Assembly (NCBI GenBank): GCA_964640185.1
Contig: CAZXGF010000010.1
Span: 64,162 to 128,161, forward strand
DNA length: 64,000 nucleotides
Source of the DNA: an uncultured Verrucomicrobiota bacterium
GTDB taxonomy: Bacteria; Auribacterota; JABMQX01
Direction of reading: 5' to 3'
The notes beneath the pieces are model-generated. The model was not told where the DNA came from. It was given only the letters and a program-made list of their open reading frames with translations, and ran no database searches. The translations under genes and the position numbers were made by a program. Of this stretch, positions 45,309-54,259 are shown in pieces; the first letter of the stretch is position 1, and each line of letters opens with the position of its first letter.

Positions 45309-45815
45309 TCAGTTCAAGGATGCCAGTGTCTTGCTCAGGGTGGTGATATGGCTCATCTCCTCCTTGATGATGCGGGCGATATTCTCCCCGCCGAGCCTTT
45401 CGGGGACCATCTCCTTGATCCCCAGGTAGAAGACGATGGAATCTTTTTCAAGACCGATGGCGGTTTTGAGGACGTCCTGAATCGTCTCCTCCCCCGTCAG
45501 AAGCTCGGTCGGATCCGCACGCACATCGAAGACATACCCGTCCGCCATGGCATTCAGGTACATCCCCGCCTCGCTTTCGGGGTCGAAAACCGTTGACGTG
45601 CGTTCTTCGGCAGACAATTCCGCCCTCATAGAAGCGAAAGTTCTTTCGTGGTCGTCTTCCATTGCGGCGAGGTCGAGGAGAAGCTGACGGGTTCCCGGGT
45701 CTTCGCTTCCTTCGGCCACCTTGCGGTAGAATCTGGCGCCGTTCCTCTCTATCTGTTCTGCCATCTCGAAGACTTCATCAGCATTGAAATGGATACTCAT
45801 GTTTCGTCTCCTCAA
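45309..45815 (-). CDS. ferritin-like diiron-domain protein (rubrerythrin/erythrin-like, no rubredoxin domain)
   Basis: Paired ExxH-type motifs (LAAMEDDHERTF, IKEEMSHITTL) in a four-helix-bundle-sized protein (168 aa). Confidence 0.55.
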   Translation of the reverse strand: MRRRNMSIHFNADEVFEMAEQIERNGARFYRKVAEGSEDPGTRQLLLDLAAMEDDHERTFASMRAELSAEERTSTVFDPESEAGMYLNAMADGYVFDVRADPTELLTGEETIQDVLKTAIGLEKDSIVFYLGIKEMVPERLGGENIARIIKEEMSHITTLSKTLASLN

Positions 45816-46327
45816 AGTGAAAATGTTCGCTTGCCCAGCTCTTTGTCCACTACCATCAGCTCTTCGCCGGAATCACCGGCGTTCTCCAAGATCCGCACGT
45901 TGCTCGATGCCGATTCTTCCTCCTCCACCTGCTCCTTCACGAACCACTGGAGGAGTACACTGGCCGGCTCATCGTTTTGCGCTTGGGCAATCTTGACGAG
46001 GTCATTTATTGTGCCGGTGATGAACTGCTCGTGCTTGTAGGCGTCCTGAAAAGCCTCCAGGGGCGACGACCACTCCGTCTTCAGTTGAGTGAGATTCTGG
46101 AGCAGCACCCTTCCGTCGCGGTCCTTGATGTGGTCGAAAAACTTCATCGCGTGCACCATCTCCTCCCGGGTTTGCGCACGCATCCACTGCGCCATCCCGT
46201 CCAGGCCTTGCGAATGAAGATACGCCGCCATGGACAGGTAGATGTAAGCAGACTCCAGCTCATTCCTGATCTGGTCGTTGAAAGCCTTCTGCATTTTCTC
46301 GCTGATCATGGCCATCATCCTTTCCAT
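45812..46327 (-). CDS. ftn: non-heme ferritin
   Basis: [18 protein letters not shown]...[14 protein letters not shown] ferroxidase-centre residues. 171 aa. Confidence 0.8.
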   Translation of the reverse strand: MERMMAMISEKMQKAFNDQIRNELESAYIYLSMAAYLHSQGLDGMAQWMRAQTREEMVHAMKFFDHIKDRDGRVLLQNLTQLKTEWSSPLEAFQDAYKHEQFITGTINDLVKIAQAQNDEPASVLLQWFVKEQVEEEESASSNVRILENAGDSGEELMVVDKELGKRTFSL

Positions 46328-46689
46328 AAACCGTGTACGTTGCAGTATTCTCGTGCGGTGACTTCCTCGGCCGCGATGTCAAAAGTAGCTTCCGGCGCCT
46401 CTCCCGGCTTGAGGAATTGCCGATAGGCTTTCCCGTCGGCGACTATCTCGATCCACTCGATGTAATGCTTCTCCTCCATCGGATGCGGAACGCTGCCGAC
46501 GCTCACCTTGACGCCGCCCTCGCTCTTTTCGACCACCGGCACGTGCTTCTCCTGAGCCGCGTCCACCGTGTTCTCGAGATAAAGCTTCATCGGCTGCCCA
46601 CAGCACACAAGCTGGCCAACGCCCTCGTGGAGCACTTCCACGATGTTGCCGCAAATCTCACACTTGTAAATCTGCAATCTCTTGGTCAT
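46315..46689 (-). CDS. dfx: desulfoferrodoxin (2Fe superoxide reductase; N-terminal desulforedoxin domain plus SOR domain)
   Basis: Start trimmed to [17 protein letters not shown]. CxxC...CC and HVPV...HxxxH...C...H SOR ligands (EKHVPVVEK...[13 protein letters not shown]...CNVHGLW). Confidence 0.85.
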   Translation of the reverse strand: MTKRLQIYKCEICGNIVEVLHEGVGQLVCCGQPMKLYLENTVDAAQEKHVPVVEKSEGGVKVSVGSVPHPMEEKHYIEWIEIVADGKAYRQFLKPGEAPEATFDIAAEEVTAREYCNVHGLWKG

Positions 46690-46703
46690 TTTCGCCCCTC
46701 CTC

Positions 46704-47342
46704 TCATAGTTTCTTGTGGCAGAACCACCAATCAAAACAGTCGGATTGTTTAGCTCTCTCCTCCGCCGTTTTCTCATCCGATGGCGGCGGGATTATCACC
46801 TCATCTCCGACGAGTTCGTTGTTCGGCCAGTTTGCTGGGATCGCCACTTTGTTCTCGTCGGCGACCTGGAACCCCTTAACCATCCTCAGGATTTCGTCCA
46901 TATTTCTCCCGAGCTCTTGCGGATAATAGAGGATGGCTCTGATGATGCCATTGGGGTCAACGACAAAAACCGCCCGAACGGTGTTCGTCCCCTTCCCGGG
47001 ATGGATCAGTCCCAGTAAAGTGGCAACCCGCCCCGTGTCGTCGGCGATGACAGGAAACTGGACCTCGACATTCAGATTCTCCTTGATCCACTGCACCCAT
47101 TTGATGTGTGAAAACACCTGGTCAATGCTCAACCCGATGAGCTCGGCGTTCAACTTCCTGAATTCCTCATATCTCTTTTGGAATGCCACAAACTCAGTTG
47201 TGCATACCGGCGTGAAGTCCGCTGGATGGCTGAAGAAAACAAACCACTTGCCCGCGTACGTGTCCGGCAGCTTGAGCTTACCGTGGGTTGTTTGAACCTC
47301 TATCTCCGGAAACTCTTCTCCGATAAGCGGCAACTTTTCCAT
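46704..47342 (-). CDS. peroxiredoxin (1-Cys Prx6-like / AhpC-TSA family)
   Basis: Start trimmed to the ATG after a [26 protein letters not shown] peroxidatic-Cys motif. Confidence 0.85.
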   Translation of the reverse strand: MEKLPLIGEEFPEIEVQTTHGKLKLPDTYAGKWFVFFSHPADFTPVCTTEFVAFQKRYEEFRKLNAELIGLSIDQVFSHIKWVQWIKENLNVEVQFPVIADDTGRVATLLGLIHPGKGTNTVRAVFVVDPNGIIRAILYYPQELGRNMDEILRMVKGFQVADENKVAIPANWPNNELVGDEVIIPPPSDEKTAEERAKQSDCFDWWFCHKKL

Positions 47343-47401
47343 AACTATCCCCCTTTCCAAGTGTGGTTGAAGTTGTTAGGTTCGCAAAGGAGTTGTCTTA
47401 T

Positions 47402-48301
47402 TCATTCCTTCTTCTGTGCTTCTATCCCCTCGAGCTTGAATCTCAGCCAGTCGGCCATCTCTTGGATGTTCTTGCTGAGATACCAGCGGCCATTGGCGAA
47501 GGCACCGTAGTCAGCCCCCATCATTGCGGAGGCGAAGCGTGTCGAGTTGGCGAAAAAGAGCCACTCCTCTACCCACTTCTTCTCAATCGCTTCGTTGAAA
47601 ATGCTGTCGTTCTCAGCGAGCCCTCGCGCCGCGCCTTTTTCCCAGGCTGTCATCAATATCCTGGTCGCCGTCCGCGTCATTTCGTTGGTCGTTCTGATCG
47701 TGTTTTGGAAGCGCGCGAACTGCCCGTCCACCCAACCCTGCCCGTGGCAGGCGAGGCAGATATTCTGCATTGCTTTACGCCTCTTCTCCTGCTCTTTCCC
47801 GTCAATGAGGAACTTGGCGGCAGGCTCACCTGTCAGCTCAGTCGGCAGCGGCAGACCCGCCCGGTTCTTGATGATGCTGGTATCTGCCGATTTCGGATGG
47901 GGGTGGGCATAGATAAGCCCGAAAATCCTCCACGGGAGCCGATCATTCATCCGATGCGTCCTCTCGGCAACCGCCTCACCATCATCGTTGACAATCAAGC
48001 TGACATGGCATGTCGCGCACGTTGGCGCCGTGAAATCTCTTCCAACAACCCACGGGACCGCATCGAAGTTCCACCTATCGCCCACCGAGGAAAAAATGTT
48101 CCCGTGCTTGCTGACCATATAGACCTTGTACGCCGGAACGTCCGGCCCCTCGTGACATGCGGAACAGGTGTAAGGCTTTCTCGCCATCTCGACCGAGAAC
48201 CGGTGCCTCGTATGGCAGGCGGTGCATGAGCCCACGCTTCCATCGGGATTCAACCGACCAACTCCCTGATTCGGCCACCCGGAAAGAACCGGGAACTCCA
48301 T
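47402..48301 (-). CDS. multiheme cytochrome c, C-terminal tetraheme half (probably the downstream part of a frameshift-split octaheme cytochrome)
   Basis: Four CxxCH motifs (CTACH, CSACH, CATCH, CLACH). There is no signal peptide. The N-terminus overlaps, in another frame, the end of the upstream cytochrome ORF. Confidence 0.55.
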   Translation of the reverse strand: MEFPVLSGWPNQGVGRLNPDGSVGSCTACHTRHRFSVEMARKPYTCSACHEGPDVPAYKVYMVSKHGNIFSSVGDRWNFDAVPWVVGRDFTAPTCATCHVSLIVNDDGEAVAERTHRMNDRLPWRIFGLIYAHPHPKSADTSIIKNRAGLPLPTELTGEPAAKFLIDGKEQEKRRKAMQNICLACHGQGWVDGQFARFQNTIRTTNEMTRTATRILMTAWEKGAARGLAENDSIFNEAIEKKWVEEWLFFANSTRFASAMMGADYGAFANGRWYLSKNIQEMADWLRFKLEGIEAQKKE

Positions 48302-48915
48302 CTCCCCCAGAACCGTCTCCCTTGTCTCAAAACCTCTTCCTCGACCGCCGTGCCATGGCAGTAGAAGCAGGAATCAGCTTCGGTCTCGGCATCCGGGGGC
48401 GAAAGGCTCGTCGTCATGTTCTCGAAGGACTGAACGCCGGTCGCCGAATTCACCAGGGAGTGATAGACCGGATTGTTCTTGAGATTCCCGTAGGCGTGGG
48501 ACATCAGATTTTGGCCGTACTCCTTCACCTCGACAGCATGGCACGTCGCGCAATCATTCGGCGTAACGACCACATGCACTTTGTAATCGGCGTGCTCAAA
48601 CGTGTCTTTGTGCTTTTCCGGATTCAGGTTGTGGCACTCCGCACAGCCGACCGCGACGTTTGCGAGATTTTCCGGCACTTTCGCGACCGAGATTCTTCTT
48701 TCAAGGTCATCTTTCTTCAGGGCCTCGGCCGGAGTTACGCGGGCGTGAAGGCCTTTTCTCCAATCCGCTACGATCCCCGGGTTCAACGTCGCGTGACAGG
48801 CAAGGCACGTTTCGCTGTCTTCGCTTAACGCGGCGTTCTCCGCGGGAAACGACGTTGCCGCCACACACAGCAATGCAAGAACGAGAGCTGCTGAAAAGCT
48901 AAAGACGCTGCTCAT
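48250..48915 (-). CDS. multiheme cytochrome c, N-terminal tetraheme half with a Sec signal peptide
   Basis: Signal peptide MSSVFSFSAALVLALLCVAATSFPA. Four CxxCH motifs (CLACH, CAECH, CATCH, CFYCH). Confidence 0.6.
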   Translation of the reverse strand: MSSVFSFSAALVLALLCVAATSFPAENAALSEDSETCLACHATLNPGIVADWRKGLHARVTPAEALKKDDLERRISVAKVPENLANVAVGCAECHNLNPEKHKDTFEHADYKVHVVVTPNDCATCHAVEVKEYGQNLMSHAYGNLKNNPVYHSLVNSATGVQSFENMTTSLSPPDAETEADSCFYCHGTAVEEEVLRQGRRFWGRWSSRFFPGGRIRELVG

Positions 48916-48974
48916 AAATCTCCCTTATTCTGCGGTCGGCCCGCACGGGATGCGGCGGAGTTGCGAACTTAACC

Positions 48975-49493
48975 TCATACCAGCTTCTTCACCGCGCTCA
49001 AAGCCGCTTCGTAGTCAGGCTCGTTTGTCAACTCCTCGACAACCTGCACGTATCGAACCGTGCCCTGGCGGTCCACCACGAAAACGGCCCGCGCCAACAG
49101 ACGCAGCTCTTTGATCAGCACCCCGTACGACGTGCCGAAGAAAGTGTCACGGTGGTCCGAAAGCGTTTGAACCCGCTCCACACCTGCCGCACCACACCAC
49201 CGTTTCTGCCCGAAAGGCAGGTCCATACTTATGGTGAGTATTATGACTTCCGGGCCCAGCCCCGCAGCTTGCTCGTTGAACTTTCGCGTCTGCAGATCGC
49301 ACACCTGCGTGTCCAGAGAGGGCACAGATGCGACAATGCAGACTTTCCCGCGGAATGACGAAAATCTTACCGGCGACAGATTGTTGTCCAGCACAACGAA
49401 GTCCGGCGCCGCGTCCCCCACCTTGATCTCGTTCCCCACAAGAGTTAGCGGGCTGCCCTTCATCGTTATGATTCCGATGCGTTCTCTCATCAC
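48975..49493 (-). CDS. tpx: thiol peroxidase (Tpx, atypical 2-Cys peroxiredoxin)
   Basis: SVPSLDTQVCDLQTRKFN peroxidatic Cys and resolving Cys (KRWCGA). 172 aa. Confidence 0.85.
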   Translation of the reverse strand: MMRERIGIITMKGSPLTLVGNEIKVGDAAPDFVVLDNNLSPVRFSSFRGKVCIVASVPSLDTQVCDLQTRKFNEQAAGLGPEVIILTISMDLPFGQKRWCGAAGVERVQTLSDHRDTFFGTSYGVLIKELRLLARAVFVVDRQGTVRYVQVVEELTNEPDYEAALSAVKKLV

Positions 49494-49559
49494 GCTTTCC
49501 CTTTCAATACGGCATCCGACCTGGAGATCGCCGGTGCTTCCGCAACGGGCCGGGTCTTC

Positions 49560-50093
49560 CTACTCCGCTTCCGTCCGCGCTGCTATAAGCTCGTCGAGGA
49601 CGTCGGTGTACGCCTTCTTCAGGCTACGGCCCACTATTGTCTTCGCAAGCTTGCCGGCTTTGAAGATTTTCACGTCCGGAATCGCCATGACACCATGTTT
49701 CTGCGCCAGGCTGGTGAACTTAGTCACGTCCACGGATACAACCGTTGCCCGCCCTGCATACTCCGTTGCAATCTCGTGAATGGTCGGCTTCAGCCTTCTG
49801 CATGGCGGGCACCCATCCGAGTAGAAGTCCACAAGCACCACATCGTTGCTCCTCAGCACCTCCTTTAGCTCCGCCGCTGCTTTCAGTCCGATTAGATGTT
49901 TCGAGGGATTCGCAACTTTCTGTTGCCCCCCGAACGTGGATGCGAGCAGCACCCCTATCAAAGCCCCAAAGATGGCCCCGCCTATGGGGCTGCCGGTCAG
50001 GGGACACGTGCCGCTTGCGCACTTTCCGAAATGCCCGATCACGCCCCCAATTACCCCGCCAATAACCGCACCGACTATGAGCTTATGTACCAT
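49560..50093 (-). CDS. thioredoxin-domain protein with a non-canonical CPPC active site and an N-terminal Gly-rich hydrophobic segment
   Basis: VVLVDFYSDGCPPCRRLKP...AIPDVKIF is a thioredoxin fold with a cis-Pro region. The N-terminal about 55 aa is GxxxG-rich (VGAVIGGVIGGVIGHFGKCASGTCPLTGSPIGGAIFGALIGVLLA). Confidence 0.65.
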   Translation of the reverse strand: MVHKLIVGAVIGGVIGGVIGHFGKCASGTCPLTGSPIGGAIFGALIGVLLASTFGGQQKVANPSKHLIGLKAAAELKEVLRSNDVVLVDFYSDGCPPCRRLKPTIHEIATEYAGRATVVSVDVTKFTSLAQKHGVMAIPDVKIFKAGKLAKTIVGRSLKKAYTDVLDELIAARTEAE

Positions 50094-50138
50094 CGCTTAG
50101 CTCTCTTGTTTTTATTTTCGAGGAGTGCTCTCCAACAC

Positions 50139-50705
50139 TCACCAGTTTTCGGCCAGCACTTCGAAATGCCCCTGGGGATGTGCGCAGGCGGGACATTTCT
50201 CCGGAGCCTCCGTGCCCACATGGAGATACCCGCAGTTTCTGCACCGCCACACAACAACCTTTTCCTTCTTGAACACTGTCCCCGCCTCGACGTTCGCCAG
50301 CAGCCTCAGGTAACGTTTCTCATGCTGCTTTTCAGCAACCGCGATGGCTTCGAAAATCGCCGCGATTTCCTCGAAGCCCTCTTCTCTGGCGATGTTGGCA
50401 AACGACGGGTACATCCTCTCCCACTCGTAGTGCTCTCCGGCGGCAGCCGCTCTGAGGTTCTCCGCCGTCGTCCCTATCACCCCGGCAGGGAATGCCGCCT
50501 GAATCTCCACCTCTCCCCCTTCAAGCAGCTTGAAGAGGCGTTGGGCGTGCTCTTTTTCCTGATTAGCTGTCTCCTCGAAGATGCTGGAGATCTGGATGAA
50601 CCCGTCCTTCCGGGCCCCGCTGGCGAAGTAGGTGTACCGATTCCTCGCCTGTGATTCCCCGGCGAACGCCGTCAAGATGTTCCTTTCGGTCCTCGATCCT
50701 TTCAA
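50139..50705 (-). CDS. rbr: rubrerythrin (diiron four-helix bundle plus C-terminal rubredoxin-like domain)
   Basis: Start trimmed to a TTG preceded by a GGAGGG RBS (LKGSRTERNIL...). ExxH motifs (EKEHAQRL, EKQHEKRY) and C-terminal CRNCGY...CPAC. Confidence 0.85.
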   Translation of the reverse strand: MKGSRTERNILTAFAGESQARNRYTYFASGARKDGFIQISSIFEETANQEKEHAQRLFKLLEGGEVEIQAAFPAGVIGTTAENLRAAAAGEHYEWERMYPSFANIAREEGFEEIAAIFEAIAVAEKQHEKRYLRLLANVEAGTVFKKEKVVVWRCRNCGYLHVGTEAPEKCPACAHPQGHFEVLAENW

Positions 50706-50996
50706 TTCGATAATCCCTCCTCTCTTTTCGCAGCCTTCCTTTGCGCCTTTGCGAAAGGTCTGCTTCTTTTCTGATTCTCTCGCCAAGACGCTAAAGCCCC
50801 AAGGATCCTCCTTCTCCAGTAACAACTGTTGTCCGCATGAGCGTTGCGAATAAGTCCCGATTCGCTTGCGAGACACACCACGACGCGCGGGACGTCGGCC
50901 CAAAGTGGAAAACGGGATACTTCTTCGGTTCTCCAAACGTCAGCCCTGCGGCCCGTCTTTGCCCGCCGTTCGTGGGAACTCTTTCTTCCGTAAGTG

Positions 50997-51311
50997 TTAT
51001 GATTTGCCCTTATTGAGTTCCTCGGCGATTTCGTCAACCTCGGCGGCGCCATCCGCCAGGTGTCCCGCCTCATCCGGCAGCAGTATATTGAGCACCCGCT
51101 GGAATTCTCCGGCATGCACGCGCTCCTCGTTGGCTATATCTTGAAGCACCGCCTTTGCCAGTTCGTTGTCTGTGGCATCGGCGAGCGCCTCGTAGAGGTG
51201 GACCGCTTCCTCCTCGGCTGCCAGAGCCATGCGTATTCCTCGGCTCAACTCCCGCTCGCTCAACTTACCTTCCGGAATCACTCCGCTAAACGGATTGATG
51301 AACTCCGCCAT
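50997..51311 (-). CDS. small ferritin-like / rubrerythrin-like diiron-domain protein (104 aa)
   Basis: EEEAVHLYE and EERVHAGEF ExxH-type motifs. EncFtn/erythrin-like size. Confidence 0.5.
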   Translation of the reverse strand: MAEFINPFSGVIPEGKLSERELSRGIRMALAAEEEAVHLYEALADATDNELAKAVLQDIANEERVHAGEFQRVLNILLPDEAGHLADGAAEVDEIAEELNKGKS

Positions 51312-51554
51312 TTCTGCACCTCCTTTTCAAAAAGCCGGTTCTCCCTCAACTTCTTCGTTTGCCCTCGTTGCAATTTCCCAAACGCGCGCTCCAGCCCTAA
51401 AGTTCCCTGCACACCGTGGTGGCAATCGCGTACCGGCGGCATGTCGCCGCGGGAGCGTGCCTTGGATGACCATGCCTGCAGGCGACGCCGCGCCCAACTT
51501 GTCCGTCTCGCCCGCGCTGTTACGCTGCCACGGCAGCGGCTCGTCGGAGGCCTT

Positions 51555-51959
51555 CTATCGCGCGTTGTTCTCGCCCCGGGAGCTTGTCCCCCGCTCCTTG
51601 CACTCAGGACACAGCCCTACAAATCCTACGCAGTGCCCGGTTATTTCGTATTCGCTCGCTCCGCGAGCAGCTTCTTCAAGCCCGGACATCGCTTCTATCG
51701 GCACATCGTCAACCCGGCCGCAGCTTGCGCAGCGTACGTGATAGTGATTTCTTGCGTTTCCGTCGAAGCGCCTTTGCGTGCCCGCAAGCTGGAGTTTTTG
51801 TATGACACCTCGCTCGCTGAGAATCTCGAGGTTGCGGTAAACTGTGCCCAGACTGATTCTCGGCAGTCGCTTGCGAACCATCTCGTAAAGAGCAGAGGCA
51901 GTCGGGTGTGAAGTAACTTTCCCCAGTTCCTCCAGGATGACCCGGCGCTGGCGGGTCAT
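51555..51959 (-). CDS. perR: Fur-family transcriptional regulator, PerR-like
   Basis: Start trimmed to MTRQRRVILEEL after an AGAGG RBS. It has a winged-helix N-domain, HYHVRCASCGR and CPEC structural-Zn Cys pairs, and sits next to the oxidative-stress genes. Confidence 0.75.
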   Translation of the reverse strand: MTRQRRVILEELGKVTSHPTASALYEMVRKRLPRISLGTVYRNLEILSERGVIQKLQLAGTQRRFDGNARNHYHVRCASCGRVDDVPIEAMSGLEEAARGASEYEITGHCVGFVGLCPECKERGTSSRGENNAR

Positions 51960-52618
51960 CGTGAAGCCTCTTTGTGATGGAGAGTCTGCCGCCTTTTTCA
52001 TAATAATAATCATTCTCAATTGTCGGTCGGCGAGCACACTCTGTCAAGCACTTTTGTGAATCGGATGTGGCCGCGTTTCCGTAGCTTGCCATGACACCCC
52101 GTTTTGAACCTCTCTCGCCGCACGTTGACGCCGCGCATCTGTCCAGTGTGTCGCTCTCTCGTATAACGGAAAAGGCCGCGGCTTCCTTTTCGCCTGCGCT
52201 CAGCCGGCGCCGGCTTTAGTGGGTGGTATCGGATACGGGATTCTTCTTCTGAGAGCCGGCTTAAGCCGGGCTTCTCGACCAGCGGCTTCATCCGAATTCT
52301 GCCATGCAAACACGGCCGCACACTGTGAATCTTCCCTCGGTGAAAGTAACAATCGAGGACCCGTAACGGTTCCCGTTACACCTCATTCCTCCTTGACGCC
52401 CGGCGGGTCATGCCGATGTTTTAACAGGAGTTTGCCAAAAAACGGCGAGTGTGACGTTGTAACCTGTTGGTAGCGAGGTAGAAATCGAAGATGGCAAGTG
52501 TGAAGGCCTGTTTTTGTGAAAAAAATGGGGGAACTTTTTCAACAAAAAGAAGGGGCCGCCGGACTCGAGGGGCGGACTCGGGCTCGGACCTCAGCCGCTG
52601 AAGGAATGTCGCTGTGAG

Positions 52619-54028
52619 TCAGCCTCCGTGATGATACGTCTGCCAGCCAAGATAAGTCGTGAAGGCCTCATACAGAGCTCTCGAGACGCGGGAGTAGGCC
52701 ATGGTCACGTGGTGCTCGAATCCTTCGCGGCATATGAACGCCAGGAGGCCCTGAAGATTATGGATGTGCGCCACGCCAGACCCGCCGAAGGTGCCCGCGG
52801 TCTCATCGGTAATCTCCCCTTCGGCGAGATATACGCGGATGTTTCCGGCAGAATCGTCCGTGGAAACCCGGCAGAAGGTCACCGGTCCGGGCTTGAGCGT
52901 GCCAGCGCACGCCCCCATGGCCTTGTCTTCTCCGACGGTGTCCTTGAGGATTTCGTGGCTGCCCATCCGGAAATCCTTGAACATGTCTTTGGGGAGATTG
53001 CTGCAATGGAACACAACACACTTGTCCGGGTCGCCACCGTAGTTGTTGTTCCAATCGAGGATAGCGCTGGGAGCTCGGCTCGCCAACGTCAGGGCGTACA
53101 TCGCCACGGCCCCGGTAACATCCACCTCGCACGCGCTGGGCATGAGGGCATTGCTCATCATGCTCATCACGGCGCACGGCGTTATGCCGAAATATTGCTC
53201 GATTGCGGTCCAGCACTGGATTGCGCTCGCGACGAGGTTTTTCTCCGCCATCCATCTTTCGAGCACGACGGCAAACCTGGCCATCTTCCCGAGGGCGCTT
53301 TGCGGAATCGCATCCGCCCCGCAATACTCTTCAATGGCTGCAATTTTCTCCTTGACCTCCGGGATGTCGTCAGCGAGCTCCTCGGCTTTTCCGAAAACGT
53401 CCGAGAGGTCAATTGGCTCGACGGAAATCCCCGAGCGCTCGAGGATTTTCTCGCTGAAGCGGACCGTGTTGAAAGCCGCAGGTCTCGCCCCGACGGCCCC
53501 GATCCTTGCCCCGCGCAGTCCCTTCACGACGCGGCAAACTGCCGCAAACCGGTCAAGCTCACCCCGGAATTCTACGCCTCCCACGGGCATCGTGTGGCGA
53601 CTGGTCAAGCTGAAGGGAATTCCGTACTGCTTGAGGTTGTTGCAGACGGAAATCTTGCCGCAAAAGCTGTCTCGCCTGTCGCTGACGGACATCTTCCCCA
53701 GCTCGTCCGGGAAAGCGTGCACCAGCACCGGCGCCGCAAGCCCGGACATCCTCAGCGTATCGGCGACTGCCCGCTCGTCACCGAAATTCGGAAGCGTCAC
53801 GATAATGCCATCAATGTCATCCGCCCTCGAGCGGAACAGGTCCGCACATTTCCTTGCGTCCGTCAGGGTCTCCACAGAACCCAGCTTCGTCTCCTCGGGC
53901 GACAGGCAAAGCCCTTCGCAGCCCGCCTCCTCCAGAGCCGCCAGAATCTCTGTCCGCCCTTCGGCAACGAGATGGTCCGGGAAAAAACCTCTGTTGCCAA
54001 CGATCACGCCAAAAATACTCTTCTTCAT
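52619..54028 (-). CDS. sugar isomerase, L-fucose/L-arabinose isomerase-like family (tentative)
   Basis: 469 aa, N-term KKSIFGVIVGNRGFFPDHLV. The domain organisation is reminiscent of FucI-like isomerases, and the assignment is by family resemblance only. Confidence 0.45.
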   Translation of the reverse strand: MKKSIFGVIVGNRGFFPDHLVAEGRTEILAALEEAGCEGLCLSPEETKLGSVETLTDARKCADLFRSRADDIDGIIVTLPNFGDERAVADTLRMSGLAAPVLVHAFPDELGKMSVSDRRDSFCGKISVCNNLKQYGIPFSLTSRHTMPVGGVEFRGELDRFAAVCRVVKGLRGARIGAVGARPAAFNTVRFSEKILERSGISVEPIDLSDVFGKAEELADDIPEVKEKIAAIEEYCGADAIPQSALGKMARFAVVLERWMAEKNLVASAIQCWTAIEQYFGITPCAVMSMMSNALMPSACEVDVTGAVAMYALTLASRAPSAILDWNNNYGGDPDKCVVFHCSNLPKDMFKDFRMGSHEILKDTVGEDKAMGACAGTLKPGPVTFCRVSTDDSAGNIRVYLAEGEITDETAGTFGGSGVAHIHNLQGLLAFICREGFEHHVTMAYSRVSRALYEAFTTYLGWQTYHHGG

Positions 54029-54259
54029 GTTATCTCTCCTTTATGGCCGAGTTTTATTTTGTCTCTCTTTCCGCCTCGTTTGGGAAAGCGAATCATGTTC
54101 GCCGCCAAACGAGAACAACGAAATCTTACCAGACTTGCGATTTCAATCAAAGGCCTGCGATGGGGTGCGACCGCATTCGAGTGGGGTCTGCGATACTGTT
54201 TTGCGCCTCTCAGGGCGACGCGCTTCGCCCAGGCCGAATGGCTGCCGGCCATGCGAAGC

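Noticed and set aside
47402-48915. Treating the two tetraheme ORFs as independent functional genes
   Set aside because: The downstream ORF lacks any export signal, although c-type cytochromes must be exported. It begins in another frame inside the upstream ORF. A single frameshifted octaheme gene explains this better, and the alternative is kept in the findings.
50706-50936. N-terminal 77-aa extension of the rubrerythrin ORF as annotated in the ORF track
   Set aside because: The extension is Arg-rich junk. A TTG with a GGAGGG RBS gives the canonical rubrerythrin N-terminus (LKGSRTERNIL...), so the start was trimmed to 50705.
51960-52037. 26-aa N-terminal extension of PerR (MLADRQLRMIIIMKKAADSPSQRGFT)
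   Set aside because: The internal ATG (MTRQRR) has a better RBS (AGAGG at 7 nt) and gives a Fur-family-typical length, so the longer start was rejected.
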